Notes under the pieces: model-generated
Database searches by the model: none
The model's input: only the letters and a program-made list of their open reading frames with translations
Told to the model about the DNA's origin: nothing
Shown here: one piece after another, positions 58,581-64,000 of the stretch
Numbering within the stretch: the stretch's first letter is position 1
Layout of the letters: every line of letters starts with the position of its first letter
Program-made: the position numbers and the translations under genes
Source of the DNA: Heteronotia binoei
Taxonomy: Eukaryota
Length of the DNA: 64,000 bases
Direction: 5' to 3'
NCBI RefSeq assembly: GCF_032191835.1
Contig: NC_083228.1
Coordinates: 44,516,001 to 44,580,000 of the forward strand

Positions 58581-60244
58581 ATGGGAAAAGACTGGACTCA
58601 CAGGGTAACTGAAACACATTCCAGTCAACTTTTGGGCTGCTATTTTATATGCCAACTGAGTTACAAATATTATATTTTATTTGTGAAAGCAATTAAGTAA
58701 GTTTAAGTTTGGTAGAAAAGCATTGCTTGTATTTGAATTTTCCTAAAACATACATGTATTTTCAATAAAAACACACAGTTTTTTTCCCCATGGCTTTAAA
58801 ATTTCTGAATATTTTACCTCTACTTACACCACTGCTTGACAAGTACAGGTGTCTATTATTTTCAACAAATACCCTTCTTTAGCAATAATCAGATGGACAG
58901 GGCTGCCAACCTCCAGGTGGGGCCTGGAGGTCTCCCACTTATACAACTGATCTCCAGATGGCAGAGATCTGCTCCCCTGAAGGAAATAATAATCAGGGAA
59001 ACTGGTACTGGTGTATATAGAAAAATCTACAAGCAACCACCAGAAACAATCACACTTCAGAGCCAATAGCAGAAGTTGAGAGCATGCATTGATCTGTGTT
59101 ATAGAAAAAAGAACTGTGGCTCCATGAAATGTCAGGAGAAAAGGCTGAAGTACTTGATAAGCGAAACTGTGAGGATTCCTTTAATAAGCGATTCCTTATT
59201 CTCTACATCTAAACCACGAGCGGAACACCAAAAGACTCCACCCATACCTACATAGCAGTTCATTTTGAAAAGGCAATTGCCCTTGTGAGACTAATGTAGT
59301 GACTTTCTGAGGTTTTTCAAATATTGAGTGTTCCTCTGTCTTATTTTACCTTGAACAAAATAAGAACGCATTTACAAACCTATAGTGTGATTGTTTCCAG
59401 TGGTTGCTTGTAGATTCCCCTGGAGGAAATGGCTGTTTTGAAGAGTGGACTCCAGGGCATTGTACCATGCTGGGACCTTTCCCATCCCCAAACCCTGCCC
59501 TCTCCTGGTTCCACCCCCAAAGTCTCCAGGTATTTTCCAACATAGACCTGGCAACCCTAGATGGACTCCATCAGTTTTGACAAGCTCTGTGCCTAGTCTT
59601 AACATGATGAAAGATGGGATAGAGATTTCTGAGGCTAGCAGAGTTCCTCCTCTGTTTCCATCTGGGGATAGGGGGAGATCAAAAACCTTGACTGCCATGC
59701 TTCCAAGAGAGAAAGTGATCTTATTCACTTCCACTCAAATGCCCATTGGTTAATGGAAAGGGATTAAGCTAACCTCAGAAAAGTTTGCTGCATCCTGATT
59801 GTTAGGGTGGGAAGAATATTCACAGCATGGAAAAAGAACTATCTTGAGAATTGGTTCATTGACATCCTAATACCCCTTGAGCATATAGATATGTTAGCCC
59901 CCCACAGGGTTAAATTTTTGTTGTAATGATGATTACCAGGGCTGCCCCTACTTTGTTTATACACCAAACTCTCATGGCATTAATAAAATTACAATAAACT
60001 GTGAAGAAAAGTTAATGAAGTTTCATGGTGGCAATAATCAGAAAATCTAATCACTAAGGTATGAAATTGTAAAAACTGAAAAATAAGTTTAGTTACTAAA
60101 TTTTGGCCTCCAGGTCCAAAGAAAATTTGTCAGGCTGCTTTGTCTTGCTTTACAAACTGTTTCTGAAACACTGTTCAGTCTCAAGATTTAATTTACTGTG
60201 TAGCATACTGAGGTGACTAATTGTTTAGGAAATACAAGTTCAGA

Positions 60245-60506
60245 TTTCTCCTTGGATTTATATCCTGATCTATACTCTGAATCTCAGAGCAGTCACAATC
60301 TCCTTTACCTTCCTCCCTCACAACAGACATCCTGTGAGGTAGGTGGGGTTGAGAGAGCTCTTACATCAGCTGCCCTTTCAAGGACAACTCCTACAAGAGC
60401 TATGGCTGACCGAAGGTCATTCCAACAGCTGCAAGTGGAGGAGTGGGGAATCAAATCCGGTTCTCCCAGATAAAGAGTCCGTGCACTTAACCACTACACC
60501 AAACTG
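60245..60506 (-). mobile_element. tRNA/CORE SINE (Squam3-type)
   Basis: Reverse-strand homologue of 20531-20797; closely similar to 54922-55198. Confidence 0.82.
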
Positions 60507-61898
60507 ATTACACAAAACTAGTTGTGCAGTTCTTGGGTTCTGACTACAGTATTTTTTATAAGTATTAGAATTTCAGACTACAACAAACCTTCAAGAAATA
60601 ACCAAGTTCTCTATCAGCTTATTGGCAGTTACCAAGACATCTATTTGTATTTGCTACTTAAGCATAATTATGAATATTACCATAAAAAGAACATGGTATT
60701 GTAATAGTGGAAATGAGACAAAAGAAAATAGAGCAAGGCTGACCCCCAAGTCATCCAAGGATTTATGTGTCATTTAAACATGATAAGCAAAGAAACCAAG
60801 CATAGTAAGTCACTGCATTCCACTAATACATGGGCTTATTGATTCTTTTGAAGCAGCTCTATATTGTACAACTTTACTTCATGAAAGCTACAGAAAAATA
60901 ACGCAGAAATCCTGTTTAATATGCTGCATGTGGTTTACTCCTTGCTTTTACCCATGGTTATCTAGACAACTGCCTTTATTTCTGCCACAGATATTACCAA
61001 ACTTTATCATCTAATTTTGTAGTTGTTCCCAAATTTAATCCCTGGTCACAGCTGAATCTGTTAAAAATGATACAAAGCCTAATATAAATACAACCTCCCT
61101 AGTTATCATCCTGGATGTTTAAGTATCATAAAAGGGGGAGGCAATGGGAGAAGACTTGCACGGGTATGAACTCAAGATATTCAGGTGCCCTTAACCTCAC
61201 AGCCTTAATGTGCAAAAATGCAAGTCGAGAATTAAAGTAGTTGGGTGGGGAATCAGGGTAAAGCTGCAATTTACACTGCAGCTGCTTGCAAGCTCAGTGG
61301 CTCCTTCTCCATTGCAAAGGAACCTCAGAAGAGAAGAGGTGGATGGGAGAGGTGTACAACCTTTCCCCTGCCACCCAAATTCCCTCAGAAAGCACCCAAC
61401 TCCCAGCAAGGTTCCAGACCCATATTTGCAAGGGGAATCCAGACATTATTTACAGAAAAGGGAGGAAAGGAGACAGAAGCACAGGAGACACATACTCCAG
61501 GGCAGAAGCGGCTGACAGGGAATGGAATGGAACCTTGGCTTCACCCTGTGAACATTCCTTCTGCTCTGAGGAAGGGAAGGCATCTCAGCTTTGGTGAGTC
61601 CCACCAATTGTAAAGGAGGCAGGTCTTAATTTCAAACTTCCTGTCTCCATAGGTAGGGGTCATCCTCCTTCTCAATTCACGTGTTCCCCAAGCTGTATAA
61701 TCACTTTATCTAAAACTAAGAGAGAAAACTATAAAATGGCAAACATGCCAGGTGGACAGTGCACAACTCTGAATAAAACAGTACTAAATAAGACAGGTAG
61801 ATAATTAACAACAAAATAAAGTATGTCTCTCTATATATGGTCAGTCCAAATTGCTGTTCCCCCCTACTTTAATGCAGGGAGATAAGATATTCTCATGT

Positions 61899-61952
61899 CC
61901 TCAAAGCTAAAGAAACCCAGGGTAACCTCAAAGCTAAAGAAACCCAGGGTAA
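61899..61952. repeat. Perfect 27-bp tandem duplication
   Basis: CCTCAAAGCTAAAGAAACCCAGGGTAA twice. Similar small duplications at 42903-42940 (19 bp) and near 4928-4957 (15 bp). Confidence 0.9.
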
Positions 61953-62995
61953 GGCCAAGCTTAGGAAGGAAACAGCACAGGATGTCCAATAGCAGTCACT
62001 CCCATGTCAGGTGGGAACGTCTGACTTATTCTGTCTGAATAACCAGTGTATTCCTTATCAGGGATGCAATTAGACAATGCAAAAGTATCTAATTAATGGT
62101 ACGGAGGTAGTGATTCTACCTATTTCCTCAACTGAGGCACTGCTGATGAAAAAATTGCAATTTTCAATGCTCTGCAGCTTGATAGGCTGTGTTTCTTGCT
62201 GAACTGGAGTTGACTTGGATGAATAAGACTCACACAAATTGAGCTAGTTGCTCAGGGGTGATGTGGAGACTCTCTACTCATCTGGGTAGACAGGGGGAGT
62301 TGAAGAGAAACCAACTTTCCAAATGAAACCTATTCTCCTAAGGGTCATGATGCAGAGGCAGATGATGGCAAACCTCAGACCATCTCTTGCCTTGAAAACG
62401 CAATGGGATTGTTGTAAGTCATTTGTGACTTGTTAGGAACAACAAAGCTGAGATTAAGGAGATGATGCCACTCCGTTTCTGCAACCTAATACAGCTAGGC
62501 TAGCACAAGAGATATATGGATGTAACAGCACGGTCAAAGGTACTGGGCTTCACACTACTCCAATACTGACAGCTTGACCAAACTAAGGCACACTGGTCAA
62601 AGTGGACTCTGCAGAAAAATGTTTTCTCAGATGTGGGCATCTTCCTCATTTATAGAATGAGGTAAACAGACAGGGAAATATATAAACTATATAACCCAGT
62701 CAGTTAATTGGAGATGCCAAGGACAGCGGTCAGGGCCCTCATCATACCCCTTCATTGGCCTTGAGTATATTGCAGGAATGGGACCACATTAAACTGAACC
62801 AGGTTTTTGGGTTCATGCCTATTTATATTCAAAGTAACTGAAGAAAATCAAGACTTTCCACATTTAGCCTGCTATTACAAACTATATAATAATCAGTAAC
62901 TACTGAAACAATGTTTCCAGGTTACTCTGCTTTCTCCAATGTCTGTCAGCCCTAGTGTTCAGGGTTCTTTGCAGGCGTGTTCACACTACATATAT

Positions 62996-63292
62996 GAGCC
63001 CCATGGTGCAGAGTGGTAAGCTGCAGTACTGCAGTCCTAAGCTCTGCTCATGACCTGAGTTCGATCCCAGCAGAAGCTGGGTTCAGGTAGCCAGCTCAAG
63101 GTTGACTCAGCCTTCCATCCTTCTGAGGTCGGTAAAATGAGTACCCAGCTTGCTGGGGGGAAAGTGTAGATGACCGGGGAAGGCAATGGCAAAACACCCC
63201 GTAAAAAGTCTGCCAAGAAACATCATGATGTGATGTTACCCCATGGGTCAGTAATGACTCAGTGCTTGCACAGGGGACTACCCTTTTTTTTT
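62996..63292 (+). mobile_element. Sauria-type SINE
   Basis: tRNA-like head GGTGCAGAGTGG...GAGTTCGATCCC, body GTTGACTCAGCCTTCCATCCTTCTGAGGTCGGTAAAATGAGTACC, and a tail ending ACCTTTT. Confidence 0.88.
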
Positions 63293-63447
63293 TCATACTA
63301 CATGCTAATAGCATACAAAGTAGACAGTGCAAATGCATGTTTTACAATAATTTCACTGTGAAGCAATCAGTGTAGTTTTCATGGAAAAACAGGTATTTGG
63401 CTTAGTAGCATGATTTGAGAGAAAGACAATATACAATGCATCTACAG

Positions 63448-63720
63448 GAGAGGTGTCAAACTCATTTGTTAGGAGGGCCAGATCTGACCCAAATAGGACT
63501 TTGTTGGGCCAGCCCATGTGCATAAAAAATGTAATGTGAGGTAGTGGAGATATAAACTTTATAAAGGACACAAACACAATTAAAGACATTTTTTAACTTA
63601 AAATATAAACATGCTTAAAAGTCTTGCAATATTTTCTTTAAAATGGAACGGTGGGGGATTAGTGGGATGTGGCAATGCAATTTTTAAAATAAAACATCAA
63701 AGAAAAAGCACAAGGATCAC
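63448..63720 (+). mobile_element. hAT-like non-autonomous element fragment
   Basis: GGTGTCAAACTCATTTGTTAGGAGGGCCAGATCTGAC, homologous to 45560-45680. A related start CAGGGATGTCAAAC lies at 29063. Confidence 0.65.
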
Positions 63721-63772
63721 AGCAGAAACTAAAGGAAGGAAGTAGAGAAAGAAGTACTTTTCTCCCTTTCTC

Positions 63773-63985
63773 ACAATACAAAAACTCGTGGGCATTCGAT
63801 GAAATTGCTGAGCAGACAGGTTAAAACGGATAAAAGGAAGTACTTCTTCACCCAAAGGGTGATTAACATGTGGAATTCACTGCCACAGGAGGTGGTGGTG
63901 GCCACAAGCATAGCCACCTTCAAGAGGGGTTTAGATAAAAATATGGAGCAGAGGTCCATCAGTGGCTATTAGCCATAGTGTGTGT
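63773..63985 (+). mobile_element. CR1 LINE 3' end
   Basis: TRGHSMKLL...KTDKRKYFFTQRVINMWNSLPQEVV...FKRGLDK, the typical CR1 ORF2 C-terminus. Confidence 0.9.
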
Positions 63986-64000
63986 GTATATATAAATTTT

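Overview
This is a 64 kb vertebrate nuclear window. The repeat content (Sauria-type, CORE/Squam3-type and 5S-headed SINEs, BovB, CR1, L2, hAT/Tc2 MITEs) points to a squamate, most likely a gecko; the taxon is an inference. It holds two convergent protein-coding genes. BNIP3 is complete on the + strand: 6 coding exons from 14030 to 25204, 205 aa, with a CpG-island promoter. PPP2R2D (PP2A B55-delta) is on the - strand: its last 8 coding exons span 57546 down to 41314, and I found no 5' exons, which probably lie beyond the right edge. This tail-to-tail arrangement matches the BNIP3/PPP2R2D synteny known in mammals. Between the two 3' ends sit two DIRS-type tyrosine-recombinase retrotransposons from different families, both on the - strand. 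One is a full-length but inactivated 5.8 kb copy (about 32385-38170) with gag, RT/RNase H, a Dam-like methyltransferase, YR, both ITRs and an ICR. The other is a decayed 3.6 kb copy (about 27250-30835), recognisable mainly from its ITR/ICR geometry and YR remnant. Other points of interest are a young sense-oriented L2 fragment in BNIP3 intron 5, Penelope-type termini carrying hammerhead-like motifs (one with an intact core just upstream of the BNIP3 promoter), a long intronic inverted repeat with a 95-bp perfect core, and an unclassified 96-bp repeat present twice. Nothing here is demonstrably a new biological system; the strongest leads are atypical states of known element classes. All alignments were done by eye and reference proteins were recalled from memory. 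Exon coordinates were checked base by base; repeat boundaries are approximate.
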